From: Octopus bimaculoides
Taxonomy: Eukaryota
Assembly: GCF_001194135.2 (NCBI RefSeq)
Contig: NC_068999.1
Coordinates: 47,537,686 to 47,601,685 of the forward strand
DNA: 64,000 nucleotides
Direction: 5' to 3'
The position numbers and the translations under genes were made by a program. This document shows positions 14,101-25,399 of this stretch, piece after piece; within the stretch, counting starts at the first letter, position 1; each line of letters begins with the position of its first letter. Below the pieces are notes generated by a model. The model did not search any database. It was not told the origin of the DNA and was given only the letters and a program-made list of their open reading frames with translations.

Positions 14101-14362
14101 GACTCTAAATAAATTTCAAGAGAACACAAACAATACAAACACACAAACATGTCTATGTATCCTCGTGCATGTGTCTGTTTATGTATGTAATCGTGTTTTA
14201 ATGTTTTCCAGGATTTTAAAGAAATACAGAAATGAAAAAAGAAAAGAATTATTGCACTAAAATACCAACAAAACTACATGTGTTCTGTTACATTCATTAA
14301 ACTGCGTTTATGTAAACAAAACACCTTTACTCACAGACTTCTAATGCCGAGTCGTCCGCCAT
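460..14362 (-). CDS. AK9: Adenylate kinase 9, 5' part of gene (9 coding exons; continues beyond left edge)
   Basis: Hand-spliced exons 14362-14335, 10842-10664, 9301-9181, 6832-6683, 5206-5094, 3996-3889, 3117-2953, 2214-2140, 692-460. All are GT-AG and phase-compatible (1172 nt). The product contains DFYNEEKSEQQFLKSKPTCFVIFGKPGSGKT (P-loop), SPEVAHHGYILDGLP and RWSRFCPVSLYEG, collinear with vertebrate AK9 as I recall it (LSKPVCFVVFGKPGVGKT, SPEVCHFGYII, WGRTCPVNL). Confidence 0.93.
2140..2214 (-). CDS. AK9: AK9 exon 8
   Basis: DYIISHDQQYVLELDANQPAQTLIQ; catAG / GTGAGT. Confidence 0.88.
2953..3117 (-). CDS. AK9: AK9 exon 7 (acidic linker)
   Basis: DEEDEEQGNEEEVGEDAEELSAEDLERLVQQPVDLEAPVKASIEKYKLNTLRIIE; 165 nt, phase 0-0. 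Confidence 0.9.
3889..3996 (-). CDS. AK9: AK9 exon 6
   Basis: IPDEDLLTRRINQKYDSLTGVMYPKEIYDPDKVVTM (LID-like segment); ttAG / GTAAAG. Confidence 0.9.
5094..5206 (-). CDS. AK9: AK9 exon 5
   Basis: GYILDGLPTISQEFMTTTEQIDWIKKRDLSPDVILNLK; donor GTTGGT is required by the phase of the next exon. Confidence 0.88.
5420..5700 (-). mobile_element. RTE-type LINE 3' fragment
   Basis: KQILRTGLTSRGPRGRPRMKPLDNIHCLIWSCLG; same family as 23405-23640; GATG-type tail. Confidence 0.7.
6258..6608 (+). mobile_element. CR1-type LINE 3' end
   Basis: NTRGPAYKVRKQHS...RVAEAWNKLPASVV...SFKTSMLPEIHQYYT* fits the CR1 ORF2 C-terminal RVVxxWNxLP..VV..FK pattern, then an (ATT)n tail. Confidence 0.7.
6683..6832 (-). CDS. 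AK9: AK9 exon 4
   Basis: PHELINQELEQLTPLGQTCSEIINRGELILDEITFEILEKKMKSPEVAHHG; 150 nt, phase 1-1. Confidence 0.92.
7737..8208. other. Assembly gap (other gaps: 11939-12110, 15769-15828, 18237-18521, 21997-22030)
   Basis: N runs. Confidence 1.
9181..9301 (-). CDS. AK9: AK9 exon 3 (P-loop)
   Basis: SEQQFLKSKPTCFVIFGKPGSGKTQLAKQIAQQWNCELIN; tttcAG / GTAAGT. Confidence 0.95.
9900..10217 (+). mobile_element. Possible non-autonomous Helitron-like element
   Basis: GTGAAGTTTAAGAAAAATTGGTCGAGCTG..(CA)n..CATTTTCAGTTTTAATATGTAAGAT ending resembles invertebrate non-autonomous Helitrons; internal 20-bp direct repeat. Confidence 0.4.
10664..10842 (-). CDS. AK9: AK9 exon 2
   Basis: Acceptor cttcatccAG, donor GTAAGT at 10663; ends ...QDFYNEEK, joining in frame to SEQQFL. 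Confidence 0.82.
11043..11116. repeat. (TATG)n(TATC)n microsatellite
   Basis: Seen directly. Confidence 0.95.
11310..11610 (+). mobile_element. RTE-type LINE fragment
   Basis: LDGT...KASDIIRERRVNSAGHWWRSKEGLVS resembles the RTE C-terminal IRERRLRFAGHCxR. Confidence 0.65.
11890..12380. repeat. (CAC)n-rich low-complexity tract spanning a gap
   Basis: Seen directly; N run 11939-12110. Confidence 0.95.
13769..14030. mobile_element. Degenerate hAT/Charlie-like MITE
   Basis: Right end GGTTGAGAATCACTG; left end CCGAGTTTCTCAACC (12/15 match); no clean TSD. Confidence 0.5.
14335..14362 (-). CDS. AK9: AK9 first coding exon (MADDSALEV+1 nt)
   Basis: ATG at 14362, donor GTGAGT at 14334, phase 1 matches the exon 2 acceptor, X-box immediately upstream. 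No homology support for this short peptide. Confidence 0.7.
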
Positions 14363-14369
14363 ATTTCTA

Positions 14370-14382
14370 GTTGCTAAGTAAC
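14370..14382. promoter_or_regulatory. RFX X-box-like element at the AK9 5' end
   Basis: GTTGCTAAGTAAC, an imperfect palindrome of the RFX GTTNCC-N-RGYAAC type, lies 8 nt from the AK9 ATG. X-boxes typify cilia/flagella gene promoters. Confidence 0.6.
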
Positions 14383-15747
14383 AAAAAACTGTTTTAATTT
14401 TTGTTATTTATTGACGCAGGTTATTTAGCTCCAAAACAATATTTTTACAAATTAATATATTGTTGTTATTTTAAATATTCTAATACTTCTCAATATATTT
14501 TGAAATTTTTTTAAACCTTCAGTGGTATCAAGGCTAGATATTTAAACGCTGTAGGGTGTTTTATATTCGTTAGGAATTAAAGATTGATAAACAAAAGGTG
14601 ATTGTCTCGCCTCTTGATCCTGTCAGCTAAGCCAGCCACATTATGACAATAAATGTGTGTAACACACCTGCTATTTATTTATAAATGTATATAGTATATG
14701 CAGTAAATGTTCGTTTCTCACTAATCTTTCATATCAAATTTCTTGTTTTTTCATAGGATTTACCTGTTAGAAGTATCACGTTCACACATTTGGTGACACA
14801 AAAGGCAGTAAAACTTTTTCACGTCTGTTTGCATGCATTTTATACACTTTTCTGTTTATGTTTTATCAAGGTGTAATGTACATTTCTTTTTTTCTGTATT
14901 CCAGGTTATAATACTCATGCTGTCAAGAGTGTAATGAATATGTTTTGAACCATCACTCGATTACTTATGAAATAAAATTACACCGTGGCGCTATCAGTTT
15001 GACCATCGACAGTCAAATAGGGGTGAACTTACTCAAGGTAGATAGTTATCTAGAAACTAATTAGAAATACTAATGTGATGACGAAAGGAGCTGATCAATA
15101 TCATTTTGATCATTATTTCGATAGGTACGGGAGACAACTCTAAACTTATTTTCGACCTTATAAAACCTGCACAGAGAAGCGTACATTTTATCGAACTTGT
15201 CGAAGTAGTGCTAAAGGAAGCTATAAGAAAATACCCAGTTTAGTTATATAAACTGTCCATGACGTTTTGCTTTACAGTGCTGTAATTTCATTTGATAATT
15301 TCCCCTATCACTATCTCGCTAAGTACAGTGCGGTTATGTTTTACTAATGAGGTCTAATATGACCAAACCATGTGGGGGATTGTCTCCCTTACTTGAAATA
15401 ATTTTAAAAAATAACATTTTTACCAAAATAATAAATTAAATTTATGTGAAGATCAGTCAGCTTGTTTTGTCCCCAGAGTTGGTGCCCCTCTGTCCCTCTC
15501 ACACCAAAGTCAGTCTATCTTTTTTTTTTTATTTCTCAGTAGTTTTAGGCATATGAAGCTTTAAAATGCCTTTTAAAAGGTTATGAAACAACAAAAGGCC
15601 AGGTGCAAAATAGCATCCCATCCACTCTTCCACAAAGAGCTGTTTGACTTCTGTAACAAGACCTACAAAGGAAACGAACCAACAGCCTTCTTGAAGTCTT
15701 CAGTTATTCCACTTTCACAGAAAGATGATCCTGTGAGCCAATTTGGT

Positions 15748-15829
15748 ATATATATATATATATATATANNNNNNNNNNNNNNNNNNNNNNNNNNNNNNNN
15801 NNNNNNNNNNNNNNNNNNNNNNNNNNNNG

Positions 15830-15892
<63 letters not shown>

Positions 15893-15937
15893 GTAGGTAG
15901 GTAGGTAGGTAGGTAGGTAGGTAGGTAGGTAGGTAGG
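15748..15937. repeat. (TA)n / (GATA)n / (GGTA)n compound microsatellite spanning a gap
   Basis: Seen directly. Confidence 0.95.
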
Positions 15938-17129
15938 CAGACTTCGATCAGGTGATCGCAATAATCCTCCATAAGAAGTCAATGTTACAAAGTAAGGATG
16001 CCTTAGTATATTGTCTTCTTAGAAAATGGCCAGATGTTATGACTCATCATGTGTGTGTGTGTGTGTGTGTGCGTGTGTGTGTGTGTTTGTGAAGGTTTGA
16101 ATAGCGCAATGATGTCATCGTCCTGTGATTGAAACTAAATGCCTGCTCGCTCCTAACCTATGAATGTTAGAAATTGTTTCCAACCGACATTTTATTTCCG
16201 GTTTGTCCTCAAAACAGACATTTTTCTTATTGTTTGGCAAATTGCCGGGGAAAAAAAAAAGAATCCAGAAGAAACTTAAATCCTATTATGTGACCTTTGT
16301 TACTCGTTATTGTAACATTATTACTGTTCATACAGCGCTCGAAGCATTGCTGCTGACTTGTGATGATATGTCGAACAGCTGTTGTCACATGCAGGAGAAT
16401 CCGGCAGTTGACAGAATCCATCATGAAGATCGTACTGTCGTCTTCCTTTTGCCGGAAAGAGCAGGCAATTTTCCTCTGTCTGTGGCTATGGCGAAAGGGG
16501 TTGTGTGGTGGACGAGACGAAAACGACAAAAGAAAGACACTTTCCTCTTCGATCAAGGCCTCATTGATTTAAAATTTCCATTGGAAAAGGAAGGTGAGAG
16601 CTGAAAGAGATGTGATGTCTTCCAGCAGCTCAATCCCGTATCGTATAGATCCATCGCGTCAGTTTCCCGATTTCTGTGACGTATATATTCCCCACTGAAC
16701 GAGACGCCTGTCCATAGCAGGAATATTCATTTTTACTAGCTGTTTGGACTGGTGTAACATGAAACGAAGTATTTTGCTCAAGAACACAACGCATTGCTCA
16801 GTCCAGGAATCGAAACCACAATCTTATGATAATGACCCCAACATCCTAACCACTAGGCCACGTGCCTTCACTGTTTCCCAGTAAATTTGTTAAAAGATGG
16901 GTGAATGGGGAGAGGATGCTCCGAGTGAGTGAGCCTAACCTGGCGTTTGTAGGCTGGGGAATACGAAGAAGAGATGAGCACTTGCTATGGTACCTCTGGT
17001 CAGTAGAGTGGCTCGAGATCTTCGGGGTTCCATTGTTGCACTTGGGTGGTTTTTCACCCCTTTTTGGAGATTTTGTTTGAAAAGATTAAAAAAGATATTT
17101 TTGCAAATTGTTATTGTTTTCTTGTTTAC

Positions 17130-17920
17130 ACGTTTAGAAGAAGCACTTAGAAAAGGCATCGCAACCGATGTGATGCCGACGAGATTGGCCCTGGACCAAA
17201 ACTTCAACGCTACACACGAAGGATGCATTGTCAGAGCTAAGACGCGTGTTCTAAGAAACGAGGGAACGATGACCCGCGAGTGGAAGAGGTGCAACGTGGC
17301 AATAAAGCCAGTTTGGTCTTTGGTGGTTCTCAAACCGGAGTAGAGGTGTGCAATGTTTCAGCAGTATTTCGCCCAGCTGTTTGGGACGAATGGCAAGCCG
17401 GAAAGCAGGATGGACTCCAGTGCCTATTTCAATGGCATTTCACCACTCTCAGCAAGGGGAGTGGAGCGTTGTGAAATGTTGATAACAACCACGGAAATAT
17501 GGGATGCGATGACGGGCACTATGGTGATCAAATTGCTTGGTTTAGATGGTCTGCCCTGTGAGATTTACTTTTATATGCTAGACTTGTTTGACAGCCTCTT
17601 AGCAGATATCTACCGCAACTCGTAGCAACTCCCAGCAGGATGGAAGAATTCCTAGCTCGGTAAGTCGAAGAGTGGTGGCATTGCTGAGAAAGGACCCAAA
17701 CAAGGGGGATCAAATAGAAAATTTTGGGCCCATAACGCTGCTGAACGCAGATTTAAAAATTTTAGCCATGGCGTTAATGAGGTTGGTGCTTGTCCTAGAG
17801 AAGTTTATTAGTGATGCTCAAAGTGTGCCATCCCAAGCAGATCAATCTACGATCACTTCCATCTCATGCAATACATCGTTGACAATGTGAATAAAGAAGC
17901 TGGCATGGGTGGGTCCCTGA
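17130..17920 (+). mobile_element. Degenerate L1/Tx1-type non-LTR retrotransposon RT fragment
   Basis: Frameshifted peptides HEGCIVRAKTRVLRNEG, GLDGLPCEIY, VALLRKDPNKGDQIENFGPITLLNADLKILA resemble the L1-clade KSPGxDG and NWRPISLLNxDYKILAK motifs. Confidence 0.8.
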
Positions 17921-17924
17921 TCTA

Positions 17925-18236
17925 TTATTATTATTATTATTATTATTAATATTATTATTATTATTGAGTGAGAGAGCAGTGCATGCCATCAAAGTGACAC
18001 TGGGGTAAAATATACGAAGCCCATTATACCCATCATGACTACCCGTCTGATAAGGGTACACCAGGCACATGCATCACAACCATATATGCGTGACATAGCG
18101 ATCTCATATCAAAATAAACAGCGCATGACCTTGCAGATGGGGCCCAGTTAGAATTTTCTTCAGGTCGAGTAGCCCATCCCGCTCAAAAGGTCCCTGAATA
18201 AGGTTTGTTTAAGGATGTTGAACGAAACACCCATGT
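17925..18236 (-). mobile_element. 3' end of a retroelement with (TAA)n tail, abutting the L1/Tx1 fragment and truncated by the gap
   Basis: (ATT)n run followed by non-simple sequence that I recognise as a recurrent octopus repeat; not verified. Confidence 0.4.
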
Positions 18237-18521
18237 NNNNNNNNNNNNNNNNNNNNNNNNNNNNNNNNNNNNNNNNNNNNNNNNNNNNNNNNNNNNNNNN
18301 NNNNNNNNNNNNNNNNNNNNNNNNNNNNNNNNNNNNNNNNNNNNNNNNNNNNNNNNNNNNNNNNNNNNNNNNNNNNNNNNNNNNNNNNNNNNNNNNNNNN
18401 NNNNNNNNNNNNNNNNNNNNNNNNNNNNNNNNNNNNNNNNNNNNNNNNNNNNNNNNNNNNNNNNNNNNNNNNNNNNNNNNNNNNNNNNNNNNNNNNNNNN
18501 NNNNNNNNNNNNNNNNNNNNN

Positions 18522-18532
18522 CGTCGTCATCG

Positions 18533-18578
<46 letters not shown>

Positions 18579-18603
18579 TATTATTATTATTATTATTATT
18601 ATT
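18522..18603. repeat. (CAT)n(TAT)n microsatellite
   Basis: Seen directly after the 18237-18521 gap. Confidence 0.95.
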
Positions 18604-19199
18604 CAGACAGTCATCGACCAAAATTCATTTATAAAAGTGTAATATCTGATGACGGAACACAATGATATAAATGAAATATAATAGTGATAATAACGATTAA
18701 TGGGGGGTTATACTACACACGTGACATAACTGGAAACGTGACATACATAGCAGGCATATGACGGCTACATTCCTCACCCATCCCACAAGATTAGTTTTCC
18801 TCTTCATAATAAACTCGTATTTTAGTGCTTATCAATTACGAAACATTTAGGTCAATACTGCTGCTAAGAAACAACAAGAGAAATTTTAGGATATTTTCTC
18901 TTTGGCTGTCACTTTTCAATTCCTTTTTGTTCCAATTCATTTCAAATTTGGTGTATTTATGTAGTTTCGCATGCTAATTACGGAAAGGAAATTCATTTTT
19001 GCCATAAATTTATAAGTAAAAAGTTAATAGGCGCAGGCATGGCTGTGTAGTAAGAAGCTTGCTTCCCAACTACATGGCTCCGGTTTCAGACCCATTGCGT
19101 GACACCTCGGGCAAGTGTCTTCTACTATAGCCTCGGGCCGACCAAACCCTTGTGAGTGAACTTGGTACACGGAAACTGAAAGCTCATCGTATATATGAT

Positions 19200-19530
19200 A
19201 TAGTTAGTTTAGTTTGGCCGTCTTACCGGTCGCTTCAATGATTTCACATAAGCACGTCATCCACCATGGTCCCCCCCCCCATGTATGCTCTTAATTCCTT
19301 AACATTTGCCATTCCACTGCCTTGAAGCAAATTGTCCACAGAGGTTAGACGTTTTCTTCCCCTATTGATTCATCCTTCAGTTGACTGCCATGAGACCAGT
19401 TGACACAGGTTCTTCTGGACGCCTGATGCAATGACCAGCAATTTTCATTCTTCTCTACTGAATCTTGATCAGTCACTTCAGATAGATCTTGATAAAGCTG
19501 CTCATTAGTTAATTTGTCATGGATTGCTTA
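19200..19530 (-). mobile_element. RTE-type LINE 3' end
   Basis: Minus strand reads LTNEQLYQDL...RRMKIAGHCIRRPEEPVS..VSWQSTEG..RGRKRLTSVDNL, ending in short (CTAA/CTAAA) repeats. Confidence 0.7.
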
Positions 19531-20975
19531 GTTTAATTGTTCATAGCGCTAAACCGGAGCTTGGGAGGTACGGGTTTCGATTCTCTATAGTATGAGACCA
19601 ATATAATCTTAAACTCACTTAGAATTTTGACTTCTAGTTGTTAATCATGGCTTACATTCACAATGAATGCAGGGAAGGCCATTATTCTGTTACATAACAA
19701 ATATTTATTGTGTATTTCAGATTCAAATTGGTAAAGTTCTTTTCTAAAACAACCCAATGTATCCTCACAAATCAGAATGGTAGAAACCACAAGAGAAAAC
19801 AGAAAAAAAAAAAAAAAATAGATAGCCGATACTCTTCCAGGTAGAATTAATAACACTCAAACATTTCCTGCTGAAGGTTTCCAGGTTCCTCTGTTTTGGA
19901 AGAATTAGAAGAAACAATTGAAATCCCATTGTGTGATTTTTTTGGAGAAGAAGCTGAAATAATTATGGCTGAACCAAATAAATAGTACCAATAAATAAAT
20001 AAATGAATAAAATAAAATAAAATAAAATGTGACCCCCAGATCTAAAATCTGGCGACAAGCCTGCTTATGTCTAATATATGCCACAGGTTTCCACGCAGTT
20101 TCCGCCTACTAAATCCATTCGCAAAGTAGCTGTTGACCCAAGGTTAAAAAAAGAAGACTTGCCCAAGTTGTCGCGCACTGAAGACTTGCCCAAGTTGTCG
20201 CGCACTGAAACTGAACCCGAAACCACATGATTACAAGGCCAGCTTCTTAACTACACAGCCATGCCTGCGTCTATGATTTTAATTTAACTCTTCTTTTCTA
20301 AACAATAAGCGTTTACTGTACATTTAATTCTCACAATAAAAATGTAAGTTTAGTGCAAATTTAAAGATTAATTTTGCGCTTCGACTTCCTCAACACGACA
20401 CTTCGCACAATAAGTTTTCAGATTTATAATTTGTTATAATTTTTATATATTTTATTTTACTGAAACTGTGTTTTGAAATAGATTTTAAATTAAACCTTTT
20501 TGGTAGTCCCTAATATTGGTTTCAAATTTTGGCACAAGGCCTGCAATTTCGGCGGCGAGGTTAACCCGATTACATCGACCCTCCGCCGCACTAGTGTTCA
20601 ACTGGTATTTATTTTATACGACCTCGAAAGAGATGAAAAGCAAAGTGGACCTCGGCGGCATTTGAACTCAGGACATAAAGATGAAAGAAAGGTTGCTAAG
20701 CATTTTGCCCGCTCGCCGCCCTCGGCACGGGCTACCGCTACTCAGGTTACGTCTAATCAAATGGTTAAAAATTAGTTTAAACTAAAAAAAAAAAGAAGTA
20801 AAGAGAGTAAAGAAAAGAAAAACAAAACTATTTGTGATGTGTAATCAGTGATTTTGTGTATTGTTGCTTTTCTGGTCTCGGGTTTTTGAAAGGAGCTTTA
20901 TCATTATCAGTCAGTAGTCAGCTGGTTTCATTAATCAAACAGCAACTGGTTTTGTTCCTCTTTACACCGGAATTC

Positions 20976-21016
20976 ATGGAAAACATTAAAAGACGGGAAA
21001 ATCCAAACGTTCCAAA
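20976..21016 (+). CDS. ME1: Candidate alternative first coding exon 1a of malic enzyme (MENIKRRENPNVP+2 nt)
   Basis: ATG followed by 41 nt and a consensus donor AA|GTAAGT; phase 2 fits the acceptor at 37133. TCAGT Inr-like motifs lie about 60 nt upstream. No homology support. Confidence 0.5.
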
Positions 21017-22485
21017 GTAAGTTTATCATTTAGACTAAGCTCAATCTGTCTACATTTATATAATACGTGGGTGGTGTATATGTTTATAATACGTGTGTAT
21101 ATTTATTGTTTTTATACATTCTGTGGGTGTGGACGGGGACCCAATATATTGAAAATTATTTTGTTAACGACCAGAATTACGTATTTTCTATGCTATATCG
21201 GAATATTGAAGACAATTTACATTCTTAAATTGTCATTTGAGATTTCGTTTTCTTTTACTTTATACACACACACAAATATATATATATTTTTTAATGATAC
21301 ATCTATCATTTAAAACTATTTCGACTTAAAATTTGCTAAAGATTTAAACTTAACAATTGAATATTAATTTTTACATACAAAAAAAAAAATAAATAAATTA
21401 CGATTCTAGTGAATTTTCGTCCGCTAAATTCTCACAACTCGCCCGTAGTAATTTATGTAACAGTGGAAAGTCCGTTGCGACAATTTGGCATTAGCGTTGT
21501 GTCCTTCATTAAGAATGTTCGCTGACAAACGTCATGTAGCGCAACTAAAAGAAAATCGATGCACAACTGTAGACAAACAAGAGATTAGATTTTCTTCACA
21601 TCACTCCCTACTGTCTAGAAACTGAATTAATGTAGTCTTTAGATACACAATGACTGAAAACAAAGGATGAGTTAGTTGTAGCTGGGTTGTTTTTGATGAC
21701 GGCTATTATCGTTCAGCGGCGAGCTGGCCAGAATCTTTAACACGTCGGACGAATTGCTTAGCGGCGTTTCTTCCGGCTTTTTATGCTGAGTTCAAATCCA
21801 GCCTTTCATCCCTTCGGAGTTGATAAAATAAAGTACCAGTGAAATACTGGAGTTGATGTAGTCGACGTGTACCCTCCCCTAAAAAAAAAAACATGTCCCT
21901 GATCCCTGCAACAGTATTGTAACCTTGGTCACTTATAGGACATAGAAACTGGCTGACCAGCCTTATGAGTTCTAGGACGCGAGAGTAATATATATNNNNN
22001 NNNNNNNNNNNNNNNNNNNNNNNNNNNNNNTATATATATATATATATATATATATATCGTTGATAGACGACCTGAGGCGAAATATCAATAATAACAACAA
22101 AATAAAGTTACCACCTGTTACTTGTCAGTGTGTACAGTTCGTTACTGCGACAATCTCCAGCCATCATAGTCCACACACTTCATGCTCAATCGCTCCCACA
22201 AAGAAAAAGGAAAAAAAAAAAAAAAGAAACTACTATAAAAAACATACCAGGTTTCCCAATCAGTCAAGGTAAATATATAAAACACTTAAAAGTAGAAATA
22301 CCACTAGCATAATTAGTTTAATTAACTCTCCCAACACCACCACCACCACCAAACATTATACTTGAATGTACACCATCAATGATAAGTGCAAAGTGACCAT
22401 AACCATTGTCCTATTCTCTAATTCCATTGTAACTACTACTAGAATTAATAGATGTACTAATGTATACTGTATAGATGGGTGACCT

Positions 22486-22702
22486 GTTAAGACTGTCACA
22501 CTGGCCTTCATATAATTAATTAATGTAACCTGGAACGATATGTCTATTGGACTCATCTGGTCATTTAATCAACTCCCTGCATGTCAAGACTATCACACTG
22601 ACCTCCTTGCAATTAACTAGTGCATAGTTTACCTGCAATGATACATCTGTAGGACACACCTGGTCATTTAATCAATGACTTGTACGTTAAGACTGCCACA
22701 CT
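22486..22702. repeat. Degenerate ~100-bp tandem repeat (about 2.2 copies)
   Basis: GTYAAGACTRYCACACT at 22486, 22583, 22686 and CTGGTCATTTAATCAA twice. Confidence 0.7.
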
Positions 22703-23404
22703 ACACCCTCATACACATAATCATTCACCTACATGCCATAAGTTCCTTGATTGGGACTAAACCCAACAAGAACATCATCATCGTTTAACATCCGCTTTCC
22801 ATGCTGGCATGGGTTGGACAGCTTGGCATGGAGCTGGTCAGCTTTATTTAGTCCAGAGTTATAGTAAAAGGCACTTGCTCAAAGTACTGCACAGTGAGAC
22901 TGAACCCAAGACCACATGGTCATGAAACAAGCTTCAGTTCTGTCCTGACTAAACCCAGAATTTGTTGTTGACCTACAAAACTTGATAAATCACCATTCAC
23001 TAGTTTTTGACCCTGTCTCCCATTTGGTTGGTAATCTTAGTCAACAAAATCAACATTGGCAATTGTGAATTTAGTAGCTTCTGAATAATAGTAAGTGCTA
23101 ATTTATAGGAATTGTGGTCTTGGCTTAAAATATCTACCAAACTAACTGCTTAACCAAGCTAATACTACAGTATTTGTCAGTTGACAACAAATTGTTAAAA
23201 AATTTTTTTATATATATTTTTTTGTTCTCATTGCAGCTGTTTGTATAAATGAAATAAAGTTTTTTGATCCAACTTCTGTAATACCATAGCAACAGTTTAT
23301 GAATATAATAATACAACTCTACCTGGGTATTGATTTTTCTTTTTATAGTGGTGCTCCAGCTCAGGCCAACCCACCTGTAAAAGGAATAAAAATCACGACT
23401 TTTA

Positions 23405-23640
23405 TTTATATGCAGATTCTTCAAGCTGAGCCAAATGGCAGGAGACCTTGGGGTAGACCAAGAGTGAGATGGCTGGATAACATCCATTGTCTCAGTTGGT
23501 CGTGTTTGGGAGTCTAGCAGGAATGTCTAATGACGATTGCTTTTGATACAACCCTATGGAGGAGGTGTCTAAGGGCTTTTCCTCCATGACTCTCCCAGGA
23601 ATAGTGGATGGAGATGATGGATGGATGGATAAGCAATTGT
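23405..23640 (+). mobile_element. RTE-type LINE 3' fragment
   Basis: QILQAEPNGRRPWGRPRVRWLDNIHCLSWSCLG (GxRxRGRPxxRWxD motif) with a (GATG)n tail. Confidence 0.75.
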
Positions 23641-23819
23641 GAAAAGATGATATGATAGTGGATTGAGTGAGGGTCTTTATAGCACATCCATTTAACATAT
23701 GACAGCAAGGATGAATGCACTATATGATCAAAAGATACTTTTGATACCGTTAGAATTTAATGAAAGCATTCAGTTGTCTATATTGACCTCATAACGATGG
23801 CAATGGGTACTGTTTTTAT

Positions 23820-24965
23820 TAATATTGGTTTTGAATTTTGGCACAAAGCCAGCAAATTTAGGGGCAGGGTGGGGAGTCGATTTCATCAACCTCAGTATTC
23901 AACTGGTACTCATCTAATTGATCCTGAAAGGACAAAGGGCATAGTCAGCCTCAGTTGAATTTGAACTTAGAATGTAGAAGACAGGCGAAATACCACATTT
24001 TGCCCAATGTGCTTCTGATTCTGCCATTTTGCTGCCTTCTATTAATATTAGTTGCAAGCTGGCAGAATCATTAGGATATTGGATGAAATGCTCTGTGGAG
24101 TTTCTCCTAGCTTGTTATGCTCTAAATTCAAAGTCTATCTAGGTTGACTTTGCCTTTCATCTTTTTCATCCTTTTGCCATTGATGAAATACTTACCAGTT
24201 GAGCAATGGAGATTGATATAATCAATTTCCCCACCTTCCAAAATTGTTGAATTTGTGCCAAAATAAGAAAGAATTATTATAATTATTTTTATTAAGGCAA
24301 CGAGCTGGTAGAAACGTTAGCATGCTGGCTGAAATGCTTTGCAGTATTTCGTTCGTCTTTGTGTTCTGAGTTCAAATTCTGACAAAGTCGACTTTGCATT
24401 TCATCCTTTCAAGGTCGATAAAATAAATACCAGCTGAGTACTGGGGTCGATGTAATCTACTATACCCCTCCCACAAACTTCAGGCTTTGTGCTTGCAGTA
24501 CAAAGGATTATTATTATCAAGATGGCAAGCTGGCAGAAACGTTAGCACGCCGGGCGAAATGCTTAGCGTTATTTCGTCTGTCTTCACGTTCTGAGTTCAA
24601 ATTCCGCCGAGGTCGACTTTGCCTTTCATCCTTTTGGGGGTCCATAAATTAAGTACCAGTTACACACTGAGGTCGATGTAATTAACTTAATCCCTTTGTC
24701 TGTCCTTGTTTGTCCCCTCTATGTTTAACCCCTTGTAGGCAATAAAGAAATAAGAATCGTTAGCACACTGGACAAAATGCTTAACGGTATTTTGTCTGCT
24801 GCTACATCTGACTTCGAATTCCACCCAGGTTGAGTTTACCTTTCATCCTTTCGGGGTCAATAAATTAAGTACCAGTGAAATGCTGAGGTCAAAGTAATCA
24901 ACTAGTCCCCTGCTCACAAATTTAAGGCCTTGTGCCTCCAGTAGAAAGGATTATTATTATTATTA
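23820..24965. mobile_element. Cluster of five family A SINEs (one minus, four plus)
   Basis: Repeated core GTCGACTTTGCCTTTCATCCTTT..AAGTACCAG at roughly 230-nt spacing. Confidence 0.8.
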
Positions 24966-25399
24966 CTGCAGTTGATGTTGTTGTTGTTGTTGTTATTATT
25001 AAACTGTCGTTTCACCAAATTGTGGAACTTTGGATTTATTTCTGCAACATCCATAGCAACAACATCTGTTAATGTTTTTTCCAGATTATTCGTCAGTGCT
25101 AGTTAGGTCAAAACAGAATAAAAAGGTCAGATATTTTATCGCACTGGAACATAAATAAGACAGTAACAGTCAAAGGTGTCAACCATGTGATATACTTTCA
25201 CTCACAAACAATAACAAAACACAGAAGTTTGTTGTGTTCTGTTGTGACATGCACAGCCATTGGCACAAGTTTACCAACATGTACACATAATCACAACACA
25301 CACACACACATAAAAAGAGTCTTGCCACTTTGTTAATGAGTAGTTTGAGTTCTGCAAAGGACAAAACTTAAAATAAACCCTAAAGAACATACCTGTTAT

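Noticed and set aside
15125-15243. Short plus-strand open frame after tttcgatAG (GTGDNSKLIFDLIKPAQR...)
   Set aside because: Isolated, with no partner exons or recognisable family.
20151-20210. 27-bp tandem duplication GAAGACTTGCCCAAGTTGTCGCGCACT
   Set aside because: Ordinary slippage duplication inside a SINE (similar case near 48700-48735).
23820-24965. Regularly spaced repeats resembling a CRISPR array
   Set aside because: Eukaryotic context; units are ~230-nt SINEs without unique spacers, and there are no cas genes.
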